The notes under the pieces were generated by a model, which did no database searches, was not told the DNA's origin, and saw nothing but the letters and a program-made list of their open reading frames with translations. From sequence record MT446416.1: a stretch of DNA of 64,000 nucleotides; one strand, given 5' to 3'. Numbering within the stretch: the stretch's first letter is position 1; every line of letters begins with the position of its first letter. Shown piece after piece: positions 39,052 to 49,692 of this stretch. The position numbers were made by a program, and so were the translations under genes.

Positions 39052-42000
39052 TTACCAGGTGAAGAATCCGTTATTAACGGCTGCTGTACTTTTCTCATGA
39101 ATACCAATATCCATATCCAGAATACCAAAAATGTTTTCTAATTTTTTAGTTAGAACTATTTCTTCCATTTTCTCTGTATCAAATGGTAGTTCTAAGAACC
39201 ATTCAGGTAGATATTCCACACAGTCAATTGGATAACCTACTGCTTTGATACCCATCGGGTTATCTTTTAAGTTACATACAATTACTTTTGTACCATCAGT
39301 TACTTCAGGTACAGATTTGTCATCATATACTTCACGTAGACGGTTCCATTGAATACCTGCTAATACGTGACCAACTTTACATTTACCAGAAACTTCATAT
39401 TCTGCTTCTAAGTTGGTATAGTTCTTAACAGTTTTTGGTGAACCCTTTTCGTGTACTGGCATGTCTTTAAATACCTCTTTAAAGTCACGTACACGCTGTT
39501 TAAGTTGAGCCTCAGACTCACCCACCAGCAATGCAATTAGAGTCTCTTCTAGGAAGTTCTGGATGTATTTTGGTGTGTCTGAACGTTTAATTTCAAGACC
39601 CATCGCTTTAATTTCACCAGGCTTACCATCAACATCTTTACGGAAACCATCTTCCCAGTACTTGAGAATTGCATAACGCTTTTTCTTCAGGAATAGACCA
39701 CGGGAACCGACCATCTCTAGGTCTGCACCAACAATCTTACCTTTCTCAATACCAGTATTGAACATTTCGTTCATGAATGAAGGGAATGATTCACCAACTT
39801 CATCACCGATTTTGATATACATGTCAACGATTTCTTCTTTAGAAAGATTATATGGAATACCTTGTTCTTTCAGGTAATGAGTTACACTGAAATAAACGGA
39901 GTCGGTATCACCGTAAATCACAGAGCCACCTTGGTGATTATAAACGCCAGTAGTGATTTCATTGATACGGCTTGCCATATGTTTAGTCATAGAACGACCA
40001 GTTAAGGTAACGGACTGACCTAAACGCTTATCAAAGAAACGTGAACCTTTGTTCAATAGTGCACCATATAGACTGTTTAGAAGAATCTTACGAATTTGCT
40101 GGTTCTGTTTCCAGAATGCACTTTGCTGTTTGAAGTAATTCTTATCTTCCGTTGCACAGAAAATACGACCATCTTTTAGTACTAAACCATTTTCAACAAT
40201 GAGTCTTGCAACTTCTTCCCATTGACCTTTGCCAATAGCAATACGTAATAGATATACAGGGTCATTGTCATGTAAGTTTGTACGGAACATTGTACCACTT
40301 GTGTAGTTAGATAGCAAAGGTTCAACCTTCTCAGAACCATTGAATTCCCACCCATCACTATACATGTGTTTGTAGTCGATTACCATTTTTTGTTGTGCTT
40401 TACGCTCAGAATACCATTGAGTAAGAATATCTGGGATTACACCATACTTAGACTTATCAAAAAGTGTTCCGTTAGCACTTAGTACAATAGTACTGTCTTC
40501 AGCAAAGATAATATCATACAATTCTTTACCAGTTGCATTGAACGAACTACCATCTTCTAAATCAACAATCAAAGTTTTGTCTGATTTTTCATGAACCATT
40601 GTAAATTCTACAGCAGCAAATAAACCATGCCATGCGGCGGTCCAATCAGGTTCAAACGCTTTAGATTTGGATTTAGCTTTTTGTTCTTGTACTTTAGCAG
40701 CAAGATATGCATCAGTGTAATCTTGACGAAGTTGACCAAGAATACATTCAGTACTCATGCCAAGTGTACGTAGTACAGTTGGATACAATGAGTTAAAGTC
40801 TGTACATCCCAAATCGCTAACAAGGCCAAGAACTGGATCTTGAACCCATGCACCAGCAGCTTTTGCACTGATTTTCTCATCTTCTTCATCACCTTCTTCA
40901 CCATAGTACTCCATCTCTGGATCTAACTCAATGTCATCTTTCGGTGCTTTGTTAAAAACAACTTCACCGCGACTGTGAGCAAGGTTGATGATAGCAGTGT
41001 CGATTAGTGCAACCGAACCCATTGTAGTACTAATTAGTACACATTCTTTATGTGCAAGACGGTTATGCAGGTTGATAAAGTCACATTTAGCATCAATTTT
41101 CTTTAGAAGAATACTATCCTGCTTAGAATAACGCAAGAATGTAATGTAATCTTCGCGGTATAATTTATCCAAAGAACCTTCATAGGATACTTTGTTTTCT
41201 TTAGTTACCTTTTCAGCAATATAATCTAGTTTGTACGACTGTTCAACTTGACCAGCATGTTTCTTATAAAGAGCAAGATAGTCTAAGTGTACACGACCAA
41301 TAAGATCATATGTTACTACAGTTTTACCAAAGTTATCAGCTTCACGAGCATTTGGTTTTTTATTCCACAAGCACCAACGAGCAGTAGTTGCTTCGTTGAA
41401 GATTTTCTTGGTACGGTTTACCATATATGGAATATCAAAGAATTCACTGTTCCAACCTGAAATTACATCAGAGTCATCGATTAGACTAAAGAACTCCATA
41501 AACATTTCTTTCTCATCCGTATAAAGGATGACAGTACTGTTAGGGTCGTTAGTTTCTTCGTTTAACTGACGAACAATATCTTGTGCTTCGTACATTTCCA
41601 TATCAGTTGGTGGCAAAGTCAATACATAATCCTTACCAGTCCATGATTGATAGAGAGAAATTGCAGTTACACGGTTGAATGGATCTGATGGTGGAGCATA
41701 ACCAAACTTCTTATGGAAGTCGGTTTCGATATCGAAAAATGCTACGTTCAAATCCGGCGATCCTTTACCCATGTATTCTCTAGCCAACGTTTTGAAGGTA
41801 ATGTTGCAATCACTTTCAAAAATACGTAGACCTTCATTTTTATGTTGCTCAACGCTTTTATTCATCTGTGATTGAGTTTCAAACTCCAAATGCTTTGCGT
41901 TGGTTCCATAAATTGTTTTGTGTTCACCAGTAGGAGATTCAACATAATATTCATATACTGGGTCCAACTGACGTAGAATACGTTTACCGTTTTTACGTTC

Positions 42001-42057
42001 TGCTACGTGCAAAATATCACCAGTACGTTTACGTTCCATATAAGCATCGATATACAT
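39052..42057 (-). CDS. gp43: Family B DNA polymerase (gp43-like)
   Basis: Exo FFDIETD and GWNSEFFDIPY; pol DFNSLYP, KILLNSLYG, YGDTDS. Confidence 0.96.
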   Translation of the reverse strand: MYIDAYMERKRTGDILHVAERKNGKRILRQLDPVYEYYVESPTGEHKTIYGTNAKHLEFETQSQMNKSVEQHKNEGLRIFESDCNITFKTLAREYMGKGSPDLNVAFFDIETDFHKKFGYAPPSDPFNRVTAISLYQSWTGKDYVLTLPPTDMEMYEAQDIVRQLNEETNDPNSTVILYTDEKEMFMEFFSLIDDSDVISGWNSEFFDIPYMVNRTKKIFNEATTARWCLWNKKPNAREADNFGKTVVTYDLIGRVHLDYLALYKKHAGQVEQSYKLDYIAEKVTKENKVSYEGSLDKLYREDYITFLRYSKQDSILLKKIDAKCDFINLHNRLAHKECVLISTTMGSVALIDTAIINLAHSRGEVVFNKAPKDDIELDPEMEYYGEEGDEEDEKISAKAAGAWVQDPVLGLVSDLGCTDFNSLYPTVLRTLGMSTECILGQLRQDYTDAYLAAKVQEQKAKSKSKAFEPDWTAAWHGLFAAVEFTMVHEKSDKTLIVDLEDGSSFNATGKELYDIIFAEDSTIVLSANGTLFDKSKYGVIPDILTQWYSERKAQQKMVIDYKHMYSDGWEFNGSEKVEPLLSNYTSGTMFRTNLHDNDPVYLLRIAIGKGQWEEVARLIVENGLVLKDGRIFCATEDKNYFKQQSAFWKQNQQIRKILLNSLYGALLNKGSRFFDKRLGQSVTLTGRSMTKHMASRINEITTGVYNHQGGSVIYGDTDSVYFSVTHYLKEQGIPYNLSKEEIVDMYIKIGDEVGESFPSFMNEMFNTGIEKGKIVGADLEMVGSRGLFLKKKRYAILKYWEDGFRKDVDGKPGEIKAMGLEIKRSDTPKYIQNFLEETLIALLVGESEAQLKQRVRDFKEVFKDMPVHEKGSPKTVKNYTNLEAEYEVSGKCKVGHVLAGIQWNRLREVYDDKSVPEVTDGTKVIVCNLKDNPMGIKAVGYPIDCVEYLPEWFLELPFDTEKMEEIVLTKKLENIFGILDMDIGIHEKSTAAVNNGFFTW

Positions 42058-42139
42058 CGTTTGTATTCCTTTACGTTTATTAAGTTAAAAATAAAGCCCC
42101 CATTCATTGGAGGCTATAAAGTTTAGTTTTTAGTACTTA

Positions 42140-42445
42140 TTAGTAATCGTCATCTGCTTGTGGCAAATTGTTAGTAACACTTAGGATAGTTTCGATGTTA
42201 TCGAGTTTGTTTTGTTTATCAAAGTAATCGCCTTTGTAGATACGTTGAGCGGCTTGTTTGATATCGGATGCATCAATACCTAGTTCATCAGAGATGGAAC
42301 TAATGAAATCTGCATAGGATGCTTTGGTGTCGTCAATAAAAGTAAGTTGTACTACTGCGTTGTTTAGTGCATCACCTAGACGTTTACGTTGTTCATCATT
42401 TAGGTCACGAATTTCAACTTTAACTTCTTTTTTAGCTTTTGCCAT
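42140..42445 (-). CDS. dsbA: DsbA-like dsDNA-binding protein
   Basis: DELGIDASDIKQAAQRIYK vs T4 DsbA DELGVDGKMFNRLLALYHK. Confidence 0.6.
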   Translation of the reverse strand: MAKAKKEVKVEIRDLNDEQRKRLGDALNNAVVQLTFIDDTKASYADFISSISDELGIDASDIKQAAQRIYKGDYFDKQNKLDNIETILSVTNNLPQADDDY

Positions 42446-42506
42446 TTGTTTGCTTCTCCATGTGTTTTGAAAAAATGTCATCTCACAACCGCTGTAAGAT
42501 GACTAC

Positions 42507-42535
42507 ATTGTATCACTACTTACGATTTTGTTCCA
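42507..42535 (-). promoter_or_regulatory. promoter TGGAAC-N17-TACAAT upstream of dsbA/gp43
   Basis: Read directly; variant of the consensus. Confidence 0.55.
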
Positions 42536-42543
42536 AAAAACTT

Positions 42544-43062
42544 TTAAACAGGTTTAACAGGGAACGAAAACTTCTTCTTACTAAATTCAGATGTTGTTAG
42601 AGATGATAGCTCAAGAACATATGCTTTCAACTTAGGAAACAGTTCTATTTCATAATCAGTTGCTACCTCAAGATCTATCGCCATCTTAATGTTATTCAAC
42701 TCATTAATTGCTACAGTTCTTAATTCTTGGTGCTCAGATGATAGACGTTTGATCTTTTCATCAGTAGATTCAACATAATCAGAAATTTTACTTCCATCAT
42801 AGATTTTACCAACTACTTCATCTTCATCTCCATCATGCTCCAACTCAGAAACACTGTATCCATACGGTACTAACAATGTTACATCATATGATGCTTGTGC
42901 AATATAACCATCGTCAGAGTACTGAACTTTTAAAGTATCTTGTCTGAATTCGTTTTGACAATCATACCAGTCAATACCCTCATCTGACAATAGATAAAGA
43001 ACATTATCTCCATGTTTTTTTTCTACTGGTATATATTTTTTGAAATTTGTATACGTTTTCAT
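42544..43062 (-). CDS. Tail fiber assembly chaperone
   Basis: YLLSDEGIDWYDCQNEF..DTLKVQY.DDG; helical C-terminus typical of Tfa. Confidence 0.78.
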   Translation of the reverse strand: MKTYTNFKKYIPVEKKHGDNVLYLLSDEGIDWYDCQNEFRQDTLKVQYSDDGYIAQASYDVTLLVPYGYSVSELEHDGDEDEVVGKIYDGSKISDYVESTDEKIKRLSSEHQELRTVAINELNNIKMAIDLEVATDYEIELFPKLKAYVLELSSLTTSEFSKKKFSFPVKPV

Positions 43063-43063
43063 A

Positions 43064-44692
43064 TTAAGACTCCACTACTACGTTAGTCCATACACCATTT
43101 ACAAGTTTTTGTGTATATCTCCAACTCAAACCTTCAACGTGTGTACCTGAACTACCATTTACTGAAATAAACAACCCATCAAGTGTAGCACCTTCAGGTA
43201 CATAGTTCCAAGAAGAATCAGGAACACTTCGCGTAGTTGTTCTTTTACTTAAACGAACATCTTGTACAGCACCTAGTGTTAAAGTTACGTTACCGTTTAC
43301 ATCAGCGTTGTTACCGTTAATAGATCTTACGATGTTTTTACTGGCAACAGTTGCAGTGTTTCCAGAAATAGACAATGATGCACCAGTAACTGATGGGGCA
43401 TAAAGTACACCAGATGAGTTAATTGTAACTTCCGAACCACCATTACTTCTCAAACGTAATGTATTTGTTGATGAACTATGATAAATTGCTGCACGTTCAG
43501 TAGTTCCTGCCGCGTTACGGAAGTAAAGTACCAAAGATGTGTCGTCTGAACGAATTGTTGCACTGTTAGCAATAGTCAATGAACCAGTCATTACATCACC
43601 AGTTTTCAGTACATAACGGGTGTTTGCAACTTTTTCACTCAATGCAACGTTAGACTCAGCAATGTTATATAAGTATGCCACATTAAAGTGTGGTACGTCA
43701 ATATTGCTAATTCCGTGGGTATGTGCTTGTCCACTACCAACGGTATTGGTTGAACCACTGAATCTATGCACGTGATCAGGTGCTTCGTTAATGTTATTAA
43801 TTACAGTTGGAATACCATTATCTCTACTCGATGTTATTGCATTTAGACCACTACGGTCATTACCTTTTAGTGCTTGGCTATGACCATGACGACCAGCAGC
43901 ACCAGTAGTTCCACTGAAACTAAATGAGTGCGGTGGAAGTTGATCAATTGATATCGCAGTACCACTAATTGATGCACTACTTGCAATCACACTATCAGTT
44001 TTAGTTACGCCTGATGTGGTAATGCCTTTCAAGTATGCTTCTTGGTTAAGATTTGGAACTTGTTTAGTGATTGTACCATTTTCACCAACCCATTGCCACC
44101 ACATTCCATCAGCAAAACACCAACCATCAGAAGTTTTCCACGGAGAACCTTGTGAACCATTACGACCACTTTGACCATTAGTTGCTCCAGACATCTGTTC
44201 ACGAATACTAGCAACAGTTTGTCCAGAAGTCAATGAGTACTGGGTAATTGCACCAGGCTTCATTGAAGTGTAAAGACCTGTTGGTCCAGTACCGCTACTT
44301 GATTGAGTAGGGAATACGATATTTAAATTCGTACCACTAATGCTCGCACTTGGGACAGCACTACTACTATATGTTACTGTTTCAACTTTTAAATTCAATT
44401 TACGGTTCACTTCATCGAGTGAAATACGGATTGGTTCAAGAATTGTATCAGTATCATATACTGCAATCCAACTTGTACCGTTGTGGTATTTTAACACCAA
44501 CTCATTTCTATCAAATACCATAGCACCTTGCTCACCTGCTGGCAATGCCTGTACGGGTAAAATGACAGAAGATGAATTAAAACGAATAGGTCTTGGATTA
44601 GTTGGTGTACCACCAAGCACTATTAGTTCTAAAGATCCATTAGCACCAGTACTAGTCATAGTATCCAGTGGGTTATTAAAACTTATGCTCAT
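43064..44692 (-). CDS. Tail fiber protein with collar-like domain
   Basis: GWCFADG..VPNL; SIDQLPPHS..HVH repeats; YVLKTGDVMTGSL; VQDVRL...YTQKLVNGVWTNV. Confidence 0.8.
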   Translation of the reverse strand: MSISFNNPLDTMTSTGANGSLELIVLGGTPTNPRPIRFNSSSVILPVQALPAGEQGAMVFDRNELVLKYHNGTSWIAVYDTDTILEPIRISLDEVNRKLNLKVETVTYSSSAVPSASISGTNLNIVFPTQSSSGTGPTGLYTSMKPGAITQYSLTSGQTVASIREQMSGATNGQSGRNGSQGSPWKTSDGWCFADGMWWQWVGENGTITKQVPNLNQEAYLKGITTSGVTKTDSVIASSASISGTAISIDQLPPHSFSFSGTTGAAGRHGHSQALKGNDRSGLNAITSSRDNGIPTVINNINEAPDHVHRFSGSTNTVGSGQAHTHGISNIDVPHFNVAYLYNIAESNVALSEKVANTRYVLKTGDVMTGSLTIANSATIRSDDTSLVLYFRNAAGTTERAAIYHSSSTNTLRLRSNGGSEVTINSSGVLYAPSVTGASLSISGNTATVASKNIVRSINGNNADVNGNVTLTLGAVQDVRLSKRTTTRSVPDSSWNYVPEGATLDGLFISVNGSSGTHVEGLSWRYTQKLVNGVWTNVVVES

Positions 44693-44733
44693 GTATAAAT
44701 CCCTTTAATGATTAATATATACTATATTTATTA

Positions 44734-45042
44734 CTATAGCAAGTCGTTTTCCATATCGTCAAGAACAGAATCGACGATGTTCGCTGCTATCTTCTTAGGC
44801 ATCTTGAACCACTCGGTGTTAGGTTGCCTTACTGCGTTCATTTGTTTTAGTCTTTTGTGAATTTCTTTCTCTGCTAAACGTGCATCTTCAAAGTGTACTT
44901 CATGGTATACCACAAAATCTCTAAAAGGTGTAGCAGTTTGATATGTCCTTAAACGTTCTGTCATTTCAGATTTACTGGTAAATCCTATCTTAACATAATC
45001 AGGCCATGCATCATTTACTATAACATAACATATCTGTGACAT
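44734..45042 (-). CDS. T5orf172/GIY-YIG-like domain protein
   Basis: CYVI...YVKIGFT..ERL..YQT..P...AEKEIH. Confidence 0.72.
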   Translation of the reverse strand: MSQICYVIVNDAWPDYVKIGFTSKSEMTERLRTYQTATPFRDFVVYHEVHFEDARLAEKEIHKRLKQMNAVRQPNTEWFKMPKKIAANIVDSVLDDMENDLL

Positions 45043-45081
45043 AGAAAATATCTCCATCAGTAATATGAAGATATTTATTAA

Positions 45082-45432
45082 TCAAGTAATTCGGAAATTT
45101 ACCCCAGCATCAATTAGGCGTTGGAATGGGTTTTGTGGCTCGAATTCAGAAGGAGTTTTTGAAATGTTCAGTACTGGAGCATCAGCATGTAACTTTGACA
45201 TACGTTCTTTGTACTTATCTAAGTATTCTTCATACAACATATCTTCAGTGTTACTATTAAGTATGTCTTCGATAAATGAATCAATACTATAGTCCAGTCT
45301 ATCATCATTATAATACAAAGTTTCACTAGCTTCATCATAACCAACTAAAGTTCCGTATGGAACATTAATCTCAATTTTTGAGTACTGACTCTTTAAGTAC
45401 TCTTCTTTCTTAAAAATGTATACAGTTAACAT
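45082..45432 (-). CDS. hypothetical protein
   Basis: AAGGAG SD; ATG 45432. Confidence 0.55.
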   Translation of the reverse strand: MLTVYIFKKEEYLKSQYSKIEINVPYGTLVGYDEASETLYYNDDRLDYSIDSFIEDILNSNTEDMLYEEYLDKYKERMSKLHADAPVLNISKTPSEFEPQNPFQRLIDAGVNFRIT

Positions 45433-45455
45433 CCGTGTCAACTCCTTATGGTTGT

Positions 45456-46454
45456 TTACTTAGTTTTCCATTCTTTTATCATGGTTAGTACTAAATCCAA
45501 ATCTTCTTCATTGAAAGTTTCAGTGTATCCATCTGGAAAATCTTCTTTTTCAACAACTTTATTAGTTATAGTACCTTTTATTTTTTGTTCGAGATCTTGT
45601 GCTTCTCTTCGTGTTTCAAAGTCCTCAATTAACAAAACATCGTGTTCAGTATGAGCATAATGTTTTTGTTGACTAATTCTACGGTTGATATCATTAGTTA
45701 CACCCAATTTATAAAATACACCTTTTGTTGGGTGAGTTATTTTTTGTACATATAAAGTTGATGGCTCACGCATAGTACCTTCACTTTCGTTACATACTGG
45801 ACAATGTTCTCTATCAGTTTTTCTGAAATTCGCTAGGGTTTTATGTATTTTTACATCTTTATGTAGTGTGCATCCAAAAACACATTCAGTATGGTGATAA
45901 TCATAAGTTTCGTCATACTGAAAATCATCATAGGTGTACTTGTCACCATGAATTTTCTTCAACTCTTTCGTTATATCATTAGCATCTTTTCGTTTGGAAG
46001 AAATCGTTCGTTCTTTACCACACTCATAACATCCACTAAACCTACCTAAAAATTCATCAAATGATAAGACGAAATGCTTCTTATGTTTTTTACAATTAAA
46101 TTCAACATCGGATTTTTTCTTACCTATAAATTTAACTACTTGTACGAATTCCCAAGGTTTGTTCTCATTTGCTATCCTAGTTAAACATGCGTGTTTGTAT
46201 TGGCTGGCAGTTTTTGGGACACTAGTTCCATTTTGTTGTTTCATTATACCACAATGTTGACATTTTTTTCTCGATGAAAAGTTGTCTATACTACATGACA
46301 ATATAGAAGACTTACAATCCCAGCATGTGTATGAAAAATTACTTTTGGCATTTTTAAAATTAATTATTTTATGAAATACAATGTTTAAGTTATTAGTTTT
46401 TATTATGTTAAGTATCTTATCCACATAATGTTGTTCATCTAATTTTGAAGCCAT
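45456..46454 (-). mobile_element. free-standing putative homing endonuclease (Zn repeats plus C-terminal GIY-YIG-like domain)
   Basis: CWDC/CQHC/CYEC/CPVC; TLYV....YKLGVTNDINRR; LEQKIK..GYTETF. Confidence 0.68.
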
Positions 46455-46530
46455 AATTAAAATCCTCGGTTACAATAAAATAATAATATCACAAAATGAT
46501 GCACACCACAAGTATATTTACAAAAGAAAA

Positions 46531-46548
46531 GGGACTCCGAAGAGTCCC
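46531..46548 (-). terminator. terminator after major capsid gene
   Basis: GGGACTC-TTCG-GAGTCCC followed by TTTTC. Confidence 0.85.
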
Positions 46549-46592
46549 TATTGTTTTTAATTTCTTGATTAAATCTTTTAAATCTATTACAA

Positions 46593-47768
46593 TTACATGA
46601 AAGTAACGTTTTTGATAGCGATTTTGCTGTAGTAGTCAGCAGCATTACCAAGAGATGAAGTACTGTCGGTTAGCTGAACGTAGCCATAGCGTGTTAAAAA
46701 TGTCGTGACTAGCTCACCAGTGTTAGGGTCCATTACAGTACCGGAAGCCATTAGTGGGATGTATGGGCAATAGAACACACCAGCATCAGTTTCAGCATTA
46801 CCTTTATAACCAATCAAAATGTCCTCGACATCGCTGGCATACGTGTCTACAAAAATACGCATGGTGCTGTTTAGAGTACCAACAAATTTAACGTTAGTTG
46901 GAGCTTCGAAAGTACCTTCAGTAGTACGTGCAAAACTAGAAGTAGTTGCAGACTGTAGAATGGTTAGAGCGGTTGGAGAAACAACAGCCCAGTTCGCAGC
47001 ACCACGTTTGGTACGACGAGCAACTTCGTTCGCTTGACGGTTGATTAGGGTAGCTAGAGCAGCGTGCTCGTCACCAACGAAGGTCGCAACACCAGTAACT
47101 TTAGATTGGTCATAAGTTACAGCAGCAGCACCAGGTAGTGCACGTAGACGGCTTAGTAGCTCTTGGTCGATTTCAACGGTAACTTCTTGAGCGATTGCAG
47201 CCATTAGTTCAGCTTCAACGTCGATACCATGTTGGGATTGTGCATCTTGTGCAGATTCAACAGTCCAACGTGCAGATAGACGACGAGATTTCGCTTCAAC
47301 AGTTTCACGTAGAATACGGATGTTAACGCGACGACCCATAGTACCTTCTAGTTGACTAGTAGGAGCAGCTTGTGGGTTGCTGTTGTCTGCGTTTAGGTCA
47401 CCAGTATAAGACTTAGCGATTTTGTATGGAGAAAGCATTTCTTCACCAGCGATAACACCAGGAGCGTTGTCAGCATATTGAACACGTAGGGTGTGGATCT
47501 GACCAACTGGGCCAGTCATTGGCTGAACACCGATGATTTCGTTAGCGATTACGGTTGGCATAACACGACGCATAATTGGTAGAATCACTTTGTTTAGAGT
47601 AGCGATGTTACCAGCGGTGGTTGCACCAGAAGTAGCAGATTCGTTTAGCATTAGTTTACGATGGTTATCAAGTACGGTTTCCATTACGGACTTACGAGTA
47701 CCTTGTAGACCTTCAACTAGTTTCTCTTTAACTGCTACCCATTTGGATTCATTTAGTAGTTGTGACAT
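46593..47768 (-). CDS. gp23: Major capsid protein (gp23-like)
   Basis: RRVMPTVIANEIIGVQPMTGPVGQIHTLR, KSRRLSARWT, EIDQELL, FYCPYIPL, TRYG. Confidence 0.96.
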   Translation of the reverse strand: MSQLLNESKWVAVKEKLVEGLQGTRKSVMETVLDNHRKLMLNESATSGATTAGNIATLNKVILPIMRRVMPTVIANEIIGVQPMTGPVGQIHTLRVQYADNAPGVIAGEEMLSPYKIAKSYTGDLNADNSNPQAAPTSQLEGTMGRRVNIRILRETVEAKSRRLSARWTVESAQDAQSQHGIDVEAELMAAIAQEVTVEIDQELLSRLRALPGAAAVTYDQSKVTGVATFVGDEHAALATLINRQANEVARRTKRGAANWAVVSPTALTILQSATTSSFARTTEGTFEAPTNVKFVGTLNSTMRIFVDTYASDVEDILIGYKGNAETDAGVFYCPYIPLMASGTVMDPNTGELVTTFLTRYGYVQLTDSTSSLGNAADYYSKIAIKNVTFM

Positions 47769-47812
47769 TATTATCTCCTTAAAGATGTTATATTCGTTTT
47801 TCAGTATGATAT

Positions 47813-47820
47813 TATTTATA
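47813..47820 (-). promoter_or_regulatory. T4-type late promoter TATAAATA upstream of gp23
   Basis: Exact T4 late consensus; gp55 is in this window. Confidence 0.8.
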
Positions 47821-47858
47821 GAACTGAAAAATTTGATTATTAAAATGCTTTAAAATGT

Positions 47859-48974
47859 TTATTTTTTATTGATACCAGAAAGAACATCGAGTTCTTTTAG
47901 GAATGCCATATCGTCAGCGGTCATTTCTTCGCTTTCAACAATAGCCTGACGGTTGCCAGTGATTACTTTACCTTCTGCAAGAGTTCTCTTAGCGGAAGAC
48001 TGAACTGCTTGACGAGTGGTAGCAGATTCATTTACTTTAGTACCGTTAAGTACTGACTTATGGTACTTGCTGAAATCGTCTTTAAGCTTTTCTGTAGGAG
48101 AAGTAGCTAGAAGGGATTCCATAATTTGTTTCTGTTGTGTAGTTAGTGGCTTAACTAGTTCAGACATAATCGCATTACGAGCTTGTGAATCTTCCATAAT
48201 ACGTAGTTTGGTTTTAGCAGCTTTAACTTCACTTACAGTTTCATTTAGTTCTTTCTTAACTTGAGCAATTTCGTCTTCTTTAGACTTGATTGATTCAGTT
48301 AGGGAACGTAGTAGTGAATTCTCATTAAATTGTTTGACATTAAACTCTTGAGCAAATGCTTCAAAGATTTTACGACCAAACATATTTTGTTTTGCTTCAA
48401 CAAGATCTTCTTTCAAAGCGTATAGGTTTTTCTGAGTAGTTTCTGCAATATATTTAGCAGCACTTTCAGATGTACGTTTGATGAAGTTGTTACGTGCTTC
48501 AGCAATTTGACGGGAGCCTTCAGCTAGTAGTTTAACGCGAGTTTCAACTAGTTGACGTTTCTCGATGTGGAATTCTTTTAGCTCTTCTGCTAGGATACCG
48601 TTAGAGAAATTAACGAATTTACCCATGCATTCTTGAAGATGCTTACGTTCTTTACGCATTTGTTTAACTTCTTCAGCCAAAACAGAGTTAGAAAACGCAG
48701 AGAAATTACTTAGGGTTTTGCGGAGAGTTACACGATCTTCTACAAGACGTTTTTTCTCTTCATATACTGCACCCATTTCTTCAGCGATAACTTGAGTAAC
48801 CATAGTATTTAGACCTTCGGTTAGCTCAGACAAATCTTGTTTGTAGCGGCCTTTCATTTCTTCACGCATTTCTGCGGCAAGTGTGTTTTTTTCTTCATTC
48901 CATGCTTCCTGAATTAGCTGTTTTGCCTCATCAGAAAGAGATGATTCTTTTAGAAGCTTTTCTAATTTAGACAT
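47859..48974 (-). CDS. gp22: Prohead core scaffold (gp22-like)
   Basis: Coiled-coil, between protease and capsid genes; several xxES sites. Confidence 0.8.
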   Translation of the reverse strand: MSKLEKLLKESSLSDEAKQLIQEAWNEEKNTLAAEMREEMKGRYKQDLSELTEGLNTMVTQVIAEEMGAVYEEKKRLVEDRVTLRKTLSNFSAFSNSVLAEEVKQMRKERKHLQECMGKFVNFSNGILAEELKEFHIEKRQLVETRVKLLAEGSRQIAEARNNFIKRTSESAAKYIAETTQKNLYALKEDLVEAKQNMFGRKIFEAFAQEFNVKQFNENSLLRSLTESIKSKEDEIAQVKKELNETVSEVKAAKTKLRIMEDSQARNAIMSELVKPLTTQQKQIMESLLATSPTEKLKDDFSKYHKSVLNGTKVNESATTRQAVQSSAKRTLAEGKVITGNRQAIVESEEMTADDMAFLKELDVLSGINKK

Positions 48975-49021
48975 TCGTTCTCTCCTTTAAGTACTGAAAT
49001 ATCTGTACTTCAACATACAAA

Positions 49022-49029
49022 TATTTATA
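49022..49029 (-). promoter_or_regulatory. late promoter TATAAATA upstream of gp22
   Basis: Exact consensus. Confidence 0.75.
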
Positions 49030-49040
49030 TTTTTAAAATG

Positions 49041-49661
49041 TTAACCTTTTAATTTCTTGAAAAAATCGTAAATTTCAGAATCTACATTATTTACTGTTTT
49101 AGATTCTGTGATTTTTTTAGGACTATTACAAGGTGATCCGTACTTACTCATCAGAGATTCAAAAACCGCAGTAGGGTATGCCTCTGGAGCACTAGGTTGA
49201 GCAACAATATCAATTGTGATAATTTCAAAATCAGAAACTATTCCATTGTAATCCACGTTACCGGAACCACGAGAACTTACACCAAGTTTCACACCAGCTT
49301 CTAGCATTTTACGAATATTAGTACCATGAGCAGTATCAAGTAGTTTGATTTCTGCCATGCCGTTAGCACCTTCCATCCAGACCTTAGTAATCATTGCTGC
49401 TACACGGTCAAGGTTAATTGTTAGTGTTTCGGGGTGGTCACATTCAACTAGAATACTTTCACCTTTAGCCAAACGTTGAGCCATATTATTAACAGCTTTA
49501 GTAATTTCGGCTAAAGGGTAAATTCTCTCATTTAAATTTCTTTGGTCGGCTTGAATAGCAATACCACGAAGATAGCAATCACGCCCACCAAGTCCATTAT
49601 CACGATGTTCCAAAACAACTTTAGAATCATTGAATGAAGACCATTCACGAATCATACTCAT
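49041..49661 (-). CDS. gp21: Prohead protease (gp21-like)
   Basis: YLRGIAIQAD..N.NERIYP, ECDHP, GVSSRGSG, TIDIVAQPSAPEA. Confidence 0.93.
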   Translation of the reverse strand: MSMIREWSSFNDSKVVLEHRDNGLGGRDCYLRGIAIQADQRNLNERIYPLAEITKAVNNMAQRLAKGESILVECDHPETLTINLDRVAAMITKVWMEGANGMAEIKLLDTAHGTNIRKMLEAGVKLGVSSRGSGNVDYNGIVSDFEIITIDIVAQPSAPEAYPTAVFESLMSKYGSPCNSPKKITESKTVNNVDSEIYDFFKKLKG

Positions 49662-49692
49662 AATGATCTCCTTTCCTTTTCTTTATTTAGTG

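Noticed and set aside
45430-45441. TTG ACA CGG ATG, an apparent in-frame CGG-A in an intact gene
   Set aside because: The TTG abuts the SD, so the likely start is ATG 45432 and the CGG is untranslated. If TTG were the start, it would be a counter-example.
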